A DNA stretch of 63,853 bases, filler included, from Basidiobolus ranarum (GCA_040143965.1; 37 parts of 37 records of this genome joined end to end with filler, not necessarily neighbours in it); one strand, 5' to 3'. Shown: positions 12,152 through 26,002, numbered from the whole stretch's first letter. Numbers and translations: made by a program. Notes: generated by a model not told the origin, from the sequence alone.

Positions 12152-13411
12152 GATAGTGCCAGATTGTGCTGTATATATCATATTGGATAAAGCATTCTAA
12201 AATTGATGTGGCACAATTTGGCACTATCCAGCACCCTCTGGCATGATCAATTTCAATCATGTTTACTCTAATATATTGATCCAAGGTCTGATAAATCCTG
12301 GCACAATGGAACAAGTCCTCTGTAAAAAACTCAGAGGAATATATTAAAAAAAATTCAGAATTACAAAGGTAACAAATTAATATTCAAGTGGTAAATGTGT
12401 AAAATTTGAGTTATATTTTTTGGACATATTTTGCTCCACAGTTCCCTGATAGTGTCGCCAATCATGTGCATCTACTTTGTAAGATCTAGAAATTTCACTC
12501 CTGAAACTGAAAAAATTGATAAATATCAAATCTAACTTGACAATTTTATGATGTCAAGTAAATGGTCAATCCAAAATGTATTTAATTTTAGATGCTTTTC
12601 CTATAATAACAAATCTCAAATTTCTGTTAGTGCAGGTAGAAATGCATACTTGTGCTGTGTTTTTCCCTTCATACTTTCAAAAATACTCCTCCAGCACTTT
12701 GACTAATTTTATACATCCTTGTAGTATGTTAGTATTGAGGGTGCTTTGCAGTGTTTGTGTGGCTTTTTGCTTGCCTTTAAGTTTGGGGCTAATTTCAACA
12801 CTTTGAAATGTACCAGTTGAGGTTGGAGAGCTGTGAATTTTATTTACTGGTGTTTTGACTTTTTGAGAGATGCCAGGTTTTGGATAAACATCCCAATCTT
12901 GCACTCTTCCAACTGGTGTACCCGGTTCCATGGTGAAATTAAGCTTTTTTGCAGGTATATCTGACTGTGGAAATGCAGATCTTTGTAACAATGTAAACAA
13001 TTTGGTATATGGGGCCATAGCGCCTAAACCCACTGGCTCCTTTGCTTTTCCCGTGGGTTTACTAACTTTGTGTTCCTTGAGTACTTCTTTAGATGCTTTT
13101 CATTCTTATCCAAGTCAATAATTCTGTGTATTTTTGTGATGTTTCATGACTAGGCCTATCCTAGCCCAATTGCCATTTGCTTGCAAGAACCCAGCATAAG
13201 CAACATGAAATAAGTAAAGACCATTCAGAGTAATGCCTGGTTTTTGGCTTTTCCACCATTGGCTCAAATCCCATTGATTTTGGGCAAGATTCAGAACAGT
13301 TTCCAAAATGTTAAGCCACTCTTCATCAGAACAAGTGATGGCAGCTCTAATATTCAGAGTCTTTTGGTTTGCCTGTTGTCCAATGAGATTTCTGCTTTCA
13401 TGTATGCAAAC
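12152..13411. mobile_element. two nested CACTA copies: left terminus (12632) abutting ORF2 of an oppositely oriented copy
   Basis: ...TTTCTGTTAGTG reads CACTAACAGAAA on minus. 12633-13411 is ORF2 on minus. Confidence 0.85.
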
Positions 13412-13785
13412 TGTTGAAGTTTATTATTGTTATCATATTTGTTATCTCTATCTTTATGCACCTAACTATTTCATATATCACATATAAGTTAGTTAACTTT
13501 ACTTAGTCAAATATCACTTTGCTGAAAATTGGAACATATATTATATATATATGCAAATAATGTGAGAATTAGCAATTCCATATTTGAAATTTCAAACTTG
13601 TCCAAATTGCCCAAAGATAGCTCATTTTACTCCCACAGATGTTCTGAACATAACCCCAGTGTTGGCTTTCTGTTTTTCCACCAAAAAGTATAAATGCTTT
13701 ACTTCTGGACAATAAACAATTATCTCACAAACCTATTCACAACTCCACTTTTCTAAAGTTCCTCCAAACAGCCCATATTTTCCCA
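13412..13785 (+). mobile_element. Copia family A LTR inserted in CACTA ORF2
   Basis: Starts TGTTGAAGTTT, near-full-length match to the LTR at 18170-18545. Confidence 0.9.
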
Positions 13786-13885
13786 NNNNNNNNNNNNNNN
13801 NNNNNNNNNNNNNNNNNNNNNNNNNNNNNTTAATTAATTAANNNNNNNNNNNNNNNNNNNNNNNNNNNNNNNNNNNNNNNNNNNN

Positions 13886-15390
13886 GTAGTAATCAGGGAA
13901 ATTTCTGATCCAATTTAATTTCCTGGTTCAGGATAAAGGCATTACACTGCTGGCATTGTATTGGGCACTTCAGTTGGCAAAATTTTGTTTGAAGAGTCCA
14001 CAAGAAGGCTATTTTCTTCATTGTATTGGTTTCAATCAATTTGAATGAGTGGATGAGGAGAAAATTGATTTTTGGCATCAACTGAGGTCATTTTGGGTGA
14101 AAGTATTTCATTTTCATTAAACAAAACATCCCTGGACTTGATTAACTTGGAAATTTCGGTATCACAGAGTCTGTTGGCCTTAGTCTGAGTACAATAACCC
14201 AGAAACATGCATTTCTTACTTGTTGGATCAAATTTAGACCAATTTTTGGTCATAATTTTAACATAAGCAATGCATCCAAAAATCTTTAAATGTTGTACAT
14301 CAGGTTTGATTCCAAACAAAGCTTGCTATGGTGTAGAGTTTGACAGACTATCAGTAAAACTCCTATTTTTCAGATTCACAGCTGTAGCAACAGATTCCAC
14401 CCAAAAGTTATGAGCTAAATTTTATGCATTTACCATATATCTTTCCATTTCTATTATAGTCCTGGTAGGTCTTTCAGCAACTCCATTTTGTTGAGGTGAA
14501 TAGGGGGCAGTAGTTTCTTGCTTAATTCCATGAACTTTGCAAAAGTGCCTAAATAGTGTTGAAATATATTCTCCACCATTATCAGTATGTATTTTCTTGA
14601 TTTTAGTACAAGTTTCAGTCTCCACAAGTGTTTTAAAATCTCTAAAAACAGAGAGAGCTTCTCCATTTCTTTCCATGAAGTAGACCTGGGTGTATTTTGT
14701 ATAATCATCAGTAATTGTAATTAAATATCTTTTTCTGCCTAAAGATAAATTTTGCATAGGTCCACACTAATCTGAATGAATTAGAATCAACTTTTTGACA
14801 GATTCAATTAAACCAGAGCTCTTGATTGGTTGCCTGGCTTGTTTTCTATATATACCACCCTCACAAATTTCCATTTTGGTTGGGGGGGGTTAATTTGAAT
14901 TCCAGAAACTAGGCAATTTTTGATCATTTTGCTCAAATAATCAAATCCAATATGGCCAAATCTCTTAGGCAATAATTGAACAGTTTCTTGATTGGAATAA
15001 CTTATATTTACACATAAACCTTGTGGATATATGTAAGCTGGTATAAGTATTGATCCTTTTCTCCCAAAGCTAAATAATTCCCATTTTGATCAGTGATGTC
15101 ACATCCTGACTTATCAAAATTGAATTTTAGCCATTCCAAGATGGCCTTGAATACAGATATTAAATTCTTGGCAATATCTGGAACATGTAGTACATCCTTA
15201 AAAGTATATACTTTCTCTTCAGAAGCTCTAGTTATATTAACTTGAATTGTTCCCTTTCCAATAGCATCCAATGTGCAGTCATCTCCCATGAAAACCTTTC
15301 TAATTGGGATTTCTTCATATTCCACAATCCAATGTCTTTCATTTGTGAAAAGTTGGGAAGCTCTAGAATCAATGTACCACACCTAAAAAT
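13886..15390 (-). pseudogene. Ty1/Copia pol: protease, GAG-pre-integrase and integrase
   Basis: WYIDSRASQ, DVLHVPDIAKNLISV, IHTDNGGEY, TAPYSPQQNGVAER, LKIFGCIAY, SRDVLFNE. Confidence 0.95.
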
Positions 15391-15618
15391 TCTTGGTGAT
15401 GGAGTAGATATGAAAAAGTGATCTTCCTAAAGAAAAAGAAACTAAAGAAGCTACAGAAAAGTGGATAAAGCTCGAGGGTAAAACGAATAGAGTGAGAATG
15501 AAATTCCCTGAAACACTGNNNNNNNNNNNNNNNNNNNNNNNNNNNNNNNNNNNNNNNNNNNNTTAATTAATTAANNNNNNNNNNNNNNNNNNNNNNNNNN
15601 NNNNNNNNNNNNNNNNNN

Positions 15619-17250
15619 TTCACTAACTTCCTGCTCCTTGAGTGCTTCTTTAGCTGCTTTTCTTTCTTTTCCACGTTGCTAATTGTATATATTTTTGAGA
15701 TATTTCATGAATAGGCCTTTACTAGCCCAATTGCCATTTGCTTGCAAAAACCCAGCATAAGCCACATGAAATAAGTCAAGAACCTTCAGAGTAATGCCTG
15801 GTTTTTCCATAATTGGCTCAAATCCAGGTGATTTTTGGCAAGATTCTGCACAGTTTCCAAAATTTAAAACTACTCATCATCAGAGCAAGTGACAGCAGCT
15901 CTGATATTCAGAGTCTTTTAGTTTGCCAGTTTTCCAACAAGATTTCTATTTTCATGTGCCCAAGCTATTTCAGGCCATTGTGTAGGTTTAATGATCCAAC
16001 ACTTATTCTGCTCTGCTAGATTGTCATGGCAATTTTCATATGTATGGTGTGGGATTGATTAAAGTCCTGTATGAGAATGGATGGAGGAGCAGCATATTGC
16101 TGTAGCTCAAGTACAGCATTCTGAAAGTCATGTATCATTGTTGAGTGACTCTCCAACTGTTGACTAGTTGCTTCCAAATGCTGCATTAATTGCTATATTG
16201 TGGTGTTATTGCTCGCCATGGCCTGTATGGCAACTTTGTAGTTTTTACTGATGATTGCATAAAAATCATTATGGTGTTCTGCCTGTGATTCCTTTGTTGT
16301 AATGATTCTATGTAAATTCTCTAAGGAGGGTTGTTCAATAGTGGGCAAAGTAGCCATTTTGGAAGTTGATGGTGTTTGGTTTGAACTTTGCTCAACTTTT
16401 GATTTGCTAAATAATTGGGGGATTACAAACTCTTTACTTGCACTATTACCGGAAAGAAACACATCTGGTAAATTGATTAATGCTTCCTCATTGCTTGAGT
16501 TAGTTTCTGCCATGTTAATGCCTTCCAAAGTGGATAGTGGATAGCTAGACTGCTCATCAATTAAGTCTTCTGTTCTTGCTGGTTATTCTCCTTTTGTGCC
16601 AGCAGGCTTTAGCTTGGAAGCCAATTTTGATTTAGATTTTGAATGCTTTTTGGAATGGCATTGAAATTTTTAGATGGTAAACTTGGTGTCATGAAATTGT
16701 TAGAAACAGCTTATAATAATCTAAAATTGCCATCAATTACCAGAAATATTTTGTGAAACCCCTGATCACTCATCTGTGACACCATCTCAGAATCAGCAGA
16801 TGATATTGATGGGCTGTACCTAAAATACCACCCTGGTGTAGGAGGTGTTCTTTTTTCTACAGTATCCTTCTCAAGCCACAACACAAATGATAAAAGAAGC
16901 CCTGTTATTATTGTCACAAATTCTTGTGATATGAAAGCCAGAGGCTCCATAAAAAAAATACTCACAAGCATGCTTACTGTACAAAGCCACCAGCTGCGCA
17001 AAGCCTAGTGTATAACAACAGTTATAAGTGGACTAAATCAACTTAAATTTTGCCCATTGTGTCCACTGACTGTACTTTACCTCCAAGTCTTGGTAACACT
17101 GCCAAAAGTCAAGAAACTGTGGAGTCACCACAGTTACATGACCAGAATGATGTAGGTAGAAATGCAAATTTGGTAAAACCAGTAAGTCCAGACAACTTTG
17201 AGGACTTGCTGCTAGATATTGACCTTGCTTATTCCAGTACCAATGGTAGT
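15619..17250 (+). mobile_element. CACTA family core (ORF2 and transposase 5' end)
   Basis: Colinear with 8682-10316. Confidence 0.85.
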
Positions 17251-17350
17251 NNNNNNNNNNNNNNNNNNNNNNNNNNNNNNNNNNNNNNNNNNNNTTAATT
17301 AATTAANNNNNNNNNNNNNNNNNNNNNNNNNNNNNNNNNNNNNNNNNNNN

Positions 17351-18169
17351 TGTTGACTGTGTAGATATCTGGGAAGAACTTACTACAGAGTGGCACAATA
17401 TTGCAGGGTATCTGCCAGATAGCTGAAAGCATGTTGATTCAGCAACATTAATACAATGGTGGGCTTTAATGGAGATATTGATACAAACTTGTGTTGGGTA
17501 TGAGCTAAACATTGGGTATGAAGAACTCCATAAAAAATTCAGGAGAATACATCAAAGAGACTAAGGATTTTGAAGGTAACAAATTAGCATTCAAGTGGTA
17601 ATTATGTAAAATTTGAGTCATGTTTTTTGCACATGTGCCGATTGATAGTTATCTGAGATTGTAGCCAATCATGCGCAACTATTTTGCAAGATCTGGAAAT
17701 ATCACTCCTGAAAATGAAAAAATTGATTAAAATAAAATCTAACTTGACAATCTTATGATGGTAAGTAAACAGTCAAACCCAAATGGACTAAAATGGTGAC
17801 AGTTTTCCTACAATCACAATCTTTAAATTTCTGTTTCTCGTCTGCGGCAAGCAACAGTTGCCAATCAAGTGTGGTAAAAGTGTAAGAAAACCAATATACA
17901 CCTGGTTGCAAAGATTGGATTGAACTCTCCACTCCTCAACAATCGAAGCTGCTTCCTTTATAGTAAATGTTATGGGTGGAATAATGTTTGCCAATAACAA
18001 AGAGTCTGTAACAAAACCATTGTCTTTTTTAACTTCTGATATACTACCATTGATACTGGAATAACCAAGGTCAACATCTAGCAGCAAGTCCTCAAAGTTG
18101 TCTGGACTGACTGGTTTGACCAAAGTTGTGTTTCTACCCACATCATTCTGGTCATATAAATGTGGTAAC
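17351..18169 (-). mobile_element. CACTA left end joined to a transposase fragment of another copy
   Basis: Left-arm sequence to about 17838, then transposase (KPVSPDNFEDLLL...EEWRVQS) on minus. Confidence 0.8.
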
Positions 18170-18981
18170 TGTTGAAGTTTATTGTCTTTATCATATTTGT
18201 TATCTCTATATTTATACACCTAACTATTTCATATATCACATATGAGTTAGTTAACATTACTTAGTCGAATATCACTTAGCTGAAAATTGGAACATATATT
18301 ATACATATGTGTATAATGCGAGAATTAGCAATTCCATATTTGAAATTTCAAACTGGTCCAAATTGCCCCAAAGATAGCTCATTTTACTCCCACAGATGTT
18401 CTGAACACAACCCCAGTATTAGTTTTCTGTATTTCCACCAAAATGTATAAATGCTTTATTTCTGGATAATAAACAATGATGACACAGAGCTATTCACAAC
18501 TCCACTTTTCTAAATTTCCTCCAAACAGCCCATATTCTCCCAATAGGCTATGAGCCCCATGTTCAAACCTTTACAGCATGACAGAAACCACTACTACCAC
18601 TTTTATCAACTCAAGTGTTGACAAGCTTGATGGAGAAAATTAAAATTTCTGGAAGTTTAAGATGCAAATCATGCTGGGAGACAGGGAGCTTTGGGATGTA
18701 GTATCTGGAGATGAAAAGGAACCTTCTGACCCTTCTTTATTGGAAGCTTACAAGAAAAGAGACAAGAAGGCCTTTAATGTAATTTGTCAAAGTTTGAAGG
18801 ATTTGCAACTTGTGAATATTCAATATACAAAAACTTCCATCAAGCTTGGACTATATTGGAAGAGTGTTAAGAAGCAAAGAGTCTTGCTAATAGACTCTTT
18901 CTCAGACAAAAATTCTTCAATATAAAGATGGAAAAGTCTGAAAGCATGGTTACTCATATTGCAAATGTGAGATCTTTGGCA
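18170..18981 (+). mobile_element. Copia family A 5' LTR (18170-18545), PBS and gag start
   Basis: LTR TGTTG...CAATA, PBS GGCTATGAGCCC (18546-18557), gag from ATG 18578 (KLDGEN.NFWKFKMQIML...LWDVV). Confidence 0.92.
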
Positions 18982-19149
18982 NNNNNNNNNNNNNNNNNNN
19001 NNNNNNNNNNNNNNNNNNNNNNNNNTTAATTAATTAANNNNNNNNNNNNNNNNNNNNNNNNNNNNNNNNNNNNNNNNNNNNGGGAAATGCTTTGCAAATC
19101 ACCCCTTTCCCGAAGGGCGGGGGAGGAATCAGTTTGGTTCCCCTTGCAG

Positions 19150-20712
19150 CAGGCTTTTGCTTGGAAGCCAATTCTGATTTTGATTTTGACTTCTTTTTGA
19201 ATGGCATCAAAATTCTCAGATGAGAAACTTGATGTAGTGAAATTGCCTATAAACAGCCTATAATAAACCAAAATTGCCATCCATTACCAAAGATATCCTG
19301 TAAATACCCTGATGACTCATCTGTGACACAGTTTCTCAATCAGCTGATGATAGTGCTGTAATATACCTCAAATACCACCCTTAAATAGGAAGTGTTTTTT
19401 TTTCTACAATAGCCTTCTCATGCCACTACACAAATATCAAAGCAGCCCTGCTATTATTGTCACAAACAGTTGTGTTATGTAAGCCAGAGGCTTTGTAAAA
19501 AAAATAATCACAAGCATGGTCACTATATAAAAGCCATCAGCTGCACAAATCCTGGTGAATATCAACAGTAATAAGTGCACAAAATTGATTTTAGTTGTGC
19601 CCACTGAGTCCACTGGCTGTGCTTTGGCTCAAAGTTTTGGTAATAGTGCCAAAAGTCAAGATACTGTGGAGTTACCACAGGTATATGACCAGAATGCTGT
19701 AGGTAGAGATGCAACTTCGGTCAAACCAGTTAGCCCAGACAACTTTGAGGCCATGCTGCTATATGTTTACCATTGTTATTCCAGTATTGATGGTAGTATA
19801 TCAGAAGTTGAAGAAGATGACAGTTTTGTTACAGACTCTTTGTTATTGGCAAGCATTAGTCCCCTCATAACACTCACAGTAAAGGAAGCAGCTTTGATTA
19901 TTAAGGAGTAGAGAGTTCAATCCACTCTTAGCAACCAGGTGTTGATTAGTCTTCCTACACTTTTACCACAGTTGATTGGCAACTGCTGCTTGCCACAGAC
20001 CTGGTACAAGTAGAAAGCACTTGTCATTTGTATGACTTCTAATCCATAAGTAATTGAACTACCTTCAAGTTCAAATAGCTATTTGGCTTTCATCAGTGAT
20101 CTGAAAAATCTGAAATCATATACTTTGTGCACACAATTGGTAATCACTGAATCTGGTAAATATTGTAGTGTGAAAATATGGGCGGTTGGGAGGAACTTTA
20201 AAAAAGAGGAGATGGGAATAGCATTATGAGATAATCATTTATTATCCAGAAATGAAGCATTTATACATTTTGGTGGAAATATGGAAAACTAACACTGGTG
20301 TTGTTTGGAACATCAGTGGGAGGAAAATGAGCTATGTTTGGGGCAATATAGACAATTTTGAAATTTGCAATATTGAATTGGAAATTCTCACATTATTCAC
20401 ATATATATATAATATATGTTCCAATTTACAGTTAGGTGATACTTGACAAAGTAATCTTAACTAATTCTTTGTGATATATGAAATAGTTAGGTGTATAAAG
20501 ATAGAGAGCAAATATGATAAAAAAATAAACTACAACATATCATTTGTATTTTGCTTACATACCATTGACTCAGCATCTTAAAGTTTTGATGAAATCAGCC
20601 AAAATATAGATCATTGATCCAATATCAAAGTACTCACCATAAAGCTGATGGTATTACCAATATACTTGATGGATATCACTACCAGAATCTGAAAAGTCAA
20701 GGTTTCTTTGAG
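19150..20712 (+). mobile_element. CACTA family core with transposase, interrupted by a solo LTR
   Basis: Colinear with 32918-34545. Confidence 0.85.
20166..20537 (-). mobile_element. Copia family A solo LTR with 5-bp target-site duplication
   Basis: Reverse match to LTR-A. Flanks TATTG / TATCA, and transposase sequence resumes after it. Confidence 0.85.
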
Positions 20713-20812
20713 NNNNNNNNNNNNNNNNNNNNNNNNNNNNNNNNNNNNNNNNNNNNTTAATTAATTAANNNNNNNNNNNNNNNNNNNNNNNNNNNNNNNN
20801 NNNNNNNNNNNN

Positions 20813-22442
20813 TGTACAAAAATAGTAAAACAGCTTGAGGAGTATTTTCAAAGGTATGAAGGGAAAAATGCAGTGCAAGTATGCAGAAAGGGGCTTCAGT
20901 AGAATATCACTTACCTTGACATTCAGTCAGGTGTTGACCATGCAGATATCTGGGAAGAACTTAATGCAGAGTGGCACAATAGTGTAGGATATCCACCAGA
21001 CAGCTGGAAGAATGTTGATTTAGCAATATTAATACAATGGTGGGCTTTGATGGAGATATTGATACAAACTCATGTTGGATATGAGCTATACCTTGGGTAT
21101 GAAGAACTCTATAAAAATGTTTGGGAGAATGTATCAAAGAAACTAGGAATTTCAAAGGTGCCAAATTATCTTTTAAGTGATAAATATGTAAAATATGAGT
21201 TACCTTCTTTGCACATTTGTTGATCCATAGTTCTCTGAGATTGTAGCCAATCATGTGAAACTAACTTGCAAGATCTTGAAATTTCACCCCTGAAACTGAA
21301 AAGATTGATTAAACTCAAATCTAACTTGACAACTTTATGATGGTAACTAAGCAGTCATTATCAAATGGATTAAAATTGTGATGGTTTTCTTACAATAACA
21401 ATCCTCAAATTTCCGTTGGGGGTTTGAGTGCAATGGGTTTTATTTGCCCATGTTTTGGCTTGTTGAGAGGTACAAGCTGCTATATAGACTTCCAAATTTA
21501 GCACTCTCCCAACTAGTGTATCTGGTTCCTGTTGAAGTTTATAGTCTTTATCATATTTATTATCTCTATCTCTATACACCGAACTATTACATATATCACA
21601 TATAAGTTAGATAACATTACTTAGTGAAGTATCACTTAGCTGAAAATTGGAACATATATTATATATATATGTTCCAATTTCAAACTTGTCCAAATTGGCC
21701 CAAACTTAGCTCATTTTACTCCCACAGATGTTCCGAGCACAACCCTAGTGTTAGTTTTCTTTATTTCCATTGAAATGTATAAATGCTTTATATCTGGACA
21801 ATAAATAATTATCTCACAATGCTGTTCACAATTCCACTTTTCTAAAGTTCCTCTAAACAGCTCATATTTTCCCAATAGTTTCAAGGTGAAGCTAACCCTA
21901 ACAGAAATTTGAGGATTGTTATAATACAAAAACCATCAAAAATTTAATCTGTATGGGATTGCCATTTACGAACTGTCATAAAATCATCAAGTTAGATTTG
22001 ATTTAATCAAATTTTTCAGTTTCAGGAGCAAAATTTCAAGATCTTGCAAAATAGTTGCACATGATTGGCTACAATCTCAGATAACTATGGATCAACACAT
22101 GTGCAAAAAATGTAATTCAAATTTTACACAATTACCACTTGAACACTAATTTGTCACCTTTGAAATCTCTAGTTTCTTTGATATATTCTCCAGAAAATAT
22201 TTGTACAGTTTTTCATACCCAAGGTTTCGCTCATACCCAACACAAGTTTGTGCCAATATCTCCATCAAAGCCCAACATTGTATTAACGTTGCTGAATCAA
22301 CATTCTTCCAGCTATCTGGCGGATACCCTGTAATATTGTGCCACTCTGTATTAAGTTCTTCCCAGATATCTGCATGGTCAACACCTGACTGAATGTCAAG
22401 TTGAATGTTCTTCTTCTGAAGCCACTTTCTGCATACTTGCAC
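20813..22442. mobile_element. three nested CACTA pieces: left termini at 21421 and 21896 flanking an ORF2 fragment
   Basis: ...TTTCCGTTGGGG, then ORF2, then CCCTAACAGAAATTTGAGG... Confidence 0.85.
21530..21877 (+). mobile_element. Copia family A solo LTR with 5-bp target-site duplication
   Basis: TGTTG...CAATA flanked by GTTCC / GTTTC within ORF2. Confidence 0.88.
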
Positions 22443-22542
22443 NNNNNNNNNNNNNNNNNNNNNNNNNNNNNNNNNNNNNNNNNNNNTTAATTAATTAANN
22501 NNNNNNNNNNNNNNNNNNNNNNNNNNNNNNNNNNNNNNNNNN

Positions 22543-24172
22543 CTATGTAAATTTAAATATAATCCAAGAGGTTTATGTGTAACTATAAGTTATTACAATC
22601 AAGAAACTATTCTATTATGGCATAAGAGATTTAGCCATATTGGATTTGATTTTTTGAGCAAAACAATCAAAAATTGCCTAATTTCAGGTATGCAAATTAA
22701 CCACCCAACTAAAATGGAAATTTGTGAGGTGTGTATATATGGAAGACTAGCCAGGCAACCATTTAAGAGCTATGGTTTAATCAAATCTGTCAAAATATTG
22801 GATTTAATTCATTTGGATTTGTGTGGATGTATGCAATATCTTTCTTTAGGCAAAAACAGATATTTAATCACATTTATTGATGATTATGCAAGACAAACCC
22901 AGGTCTACTCTATTGAATGAAAAGAAGAGGCACTGTCTATCTTTAGAGATTTTTAAACACTTTGGACACTGAAGCCTGAACTAAAGAAAAGAAAATACTT
23001 ATTGATATTGGTGGAGAATATACCTCAACATTATTTAAGCACTTTTGCAAAGCTCATGGAATTGAGCAGCAAACCACTGGCCCCTAATCACCCCTACAAA
23101 ATGGAGTTACTGAAAGAGCTAACAGTATCAGAATAGAATTGGCAAGATCTATGATCAATGCACAAAATATATTTCATAACATTTGGGCAGAATCTGTTGC
23201 TACAGCTTCATATCTGAAGAATAGGAGTTTTGCTAAAAGTCTGTCAAACTCTACACCATATCAAGCTTGGTTTGGAGTTAAGCGTGATGTTAAACATTTG
23301 AGGATCTTTGGATGCATTGCTTATGCCAAAATTATGACCAAAAATTGATCTAAATTTAACTGAAAAAGTAAGAGTTTTGTATTGCTGAGTTATTGTACTC
23401 AAACTAAGGCCTACAGACTCTAAGATAATAAAATTTCCAAGTTAATCAGGTCCAGAGATGCATTGTTTGATGAAAATAAATATTTTCACCTAAAATGATC
23501 TCAAATGTTAACAAAAATCCAATTTCTCCTGACCCAATTGTTCAAATTGACTTAAACTAAAACAATGAAGAAGATAGCATTCCAGTGGACTCTTCAACCA
23601 ATGTTTTGCCTACCAAAGTGTCCAATACAATGCCATAAGTTGATGTACCTTTATCCTAATCCAGGAGATTAAATTGGATCACAAATAGCCCTGATTACTA
23701 TAACACTGAGTCCAAAATTGTGCCTATGCCTGCACAGCTCAAATACATGTGCCCCAGACTGCAAAAGAGGCCCTGAATGATTCTCACACAAAATTCTGGA
23801 TATCTGCAATGGCTGATGAGTACCAGGCTTTGATTGATAATCAAACTTGGATTTTAACCAACTTACCAAAAGATAGAAAATCAATTGGCTGCCAATGGGT
23901 GCTTAAAGTTAAATTCATCTCCGATGGCAATATAGAAAGGTACAAAGCTAGACTAGTAGCCAAAGGCTGTTCCCAAACACTAGCAGTAGAATATACAGAA
24001 ACCTTTGCTTCTGTAGCAAAGTTTAATTAAATTAGAATGTTTTAGCAATATCAGCATAACATCAGTTTATTATAGATCAGATGGATGCTAAACCTGCTTT
24101 TTTGACAGGTGAGCTTGCGGAGGAGACCTATATGGCCCAGCCAGATAGAATTGGTGGACCCAGAAAGCCCTG
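22543..24172 (+). pseudogene. Ty1/Copia pol: integrase and start of RT
   Basis: CEVCIYGR, LIHLDLCG, FIDDY, LRIFGCIAY, AMADEYQAL..NQTW, RYKARLVAKG. Confidence 0.95.
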
Positions 24173-24272
24173 NNNNNNNNNNNNNNNNNNNNNNNNNNNN
24201 NNNNNNNNNNNNNNNNTTAATTAATTAANNNNNNNNNNNNNNNNNNNNNNNNNNNNNNNNNNNNNNNNNNNN

Positions 24273-25902
24273 AATTTCACTCCTGAAACTGAAAAAAATG
24301 ATTACAATCAAATCTAACTTGACAATTTTATGATGATAAGTAAACCATCAATCCCAAATGGATTAAAATTGTGATGGTTTTCTACAACAACAATCCTCAA
24401 ATTTCTGTTAGGGGTAAAGCATATTGATGTTGTTGAGTTATGTTCAATCAGTCAAGTATTTGCATATGTAGAGACTAAACACAACAAGATTCTTGCATTT
24501 ATTGATTCTCATTATGGCTGGAACACAAAGCCAAAAATATCTAAATGAAGGCATGCACATTGATTTGAATTCTTACAGCAGTAAACCCAATAATTTGACA
24601 TTCAAAATTGGTTTTTTGCAAAATTTTTGGTAATTAAATAATGCATGCCAAATATGCAGATCAATATTCTAGCTTGTATGAATACCATCAAAAAACAGTC
24701 AAGAAACTGCCATCATACCATCAAAATCTCTGGCAGAATGCATGCCACCAATATTGTGATGGTCCTATGATTGTTTTCCAATTTTAGAAGGGTGGATCCA
24801 TTTGGGATCAAATTGATTTTATATTTGTTAGTATGTCTAGACTTACTGGTTGGACCAAAGTTTGATTTTTACCCACACCATTCTAGTCATATAATTGTGG
24901 TAACTCCAGAGTATCTTGACTTACAGCAGTGTTACCAAAACTTTGAGGTAAAGCACAGCCAGTGGATGCAGAGGGCAAAACTAATTGCCAACAAAAATAA
25001 AATGATTTGATCCGGATTGGATCCACCCTCCAAAATAGCAAGACTGTCAGAGAACCGTCACAATATTAGTGGCTTGCATTCTGCCAGGTATTTTGATAGT
25101 GTAACTGTGGTTTCTTGATTGTATTCTGATGGTATTCATACATGTTAAAATATTGATCCTCCAATTTTGCATGTATTATTCAATATCCAGCAATTTTGAA
25201 AAATATAATTTTTGAATGGCAAATTACTGGGTTTACTGCTGTGGGAATTTGAATTAATATACATGCCTTTATTTAGATATTTTAGGCTTTGTATTCCAGC
25301 CATAATGAGAATCAAAAAATACAAGAATCTCATTGTGTTTAGTCTCTACATATGCACATATTTGACCAATTAGACATAACTCAACAACAACAATATGCTT
25401 AACCAGCAAACTAATGGTGGAAAAATTGCTAAACATCTGAAATTTTGAATAGCACTGACACTTAGCAAATAGCTGACTCTTGTTACCATTTGCAATGAGA
25501 ATAAGCTCTTGAATTTTGGCAAATTTCCGTAAAGAATTTAGCCAATATATCCCTGACTTGCAGTCAACAAATGTCCTTCCACAAGTAGATGTGTCATTGC
25601 TTGAATAGATTACCCCATGGCTAAAATGATAATACTGCATATCTCCATCTATCTCACCCAGAAGTCTGTCTAGCAGCTTTCCTAAAAATACTGTTGGATT
25701 ATCACACAAGCAAATTAGTCTTATTATAAAGGTACTTACTCTGTGTCCATGGATTGGGCGTTGTTGCTGTTATCATGCTCAAACAATGCAAAAACCCGTG
25801 AGCACATTGAAAAGGGCCCTTTGTTGGCAGGTTAATATACTCTGGAATCTCCTTAATCCATTGCATTACATCCATCACTGATTTTGCTGATACATTGTTA
25901 TT
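24273..25902. mobile_element. four nested CACTA pieces with termini at 24413, 24833 and 24986
   Basis: Left end ...TTCTGTTAGGG, then a right arm ending ...ATTTGTTAGTA, then about 150 bp of transposase, then TGCCAACAAAAATAAAAT and a right arm. Confidence 0.85.
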
Positions 25903-26002
25903 NNNNNNNNNNNNNNNNNNNNNNNNNNNNNNNNNNNNNNNNNNNNTTAATTAATTAANNNNNNNNNNNNNNNNNNNNNNNNNNNNNNNNNNNNNNNNNN
26001 NN

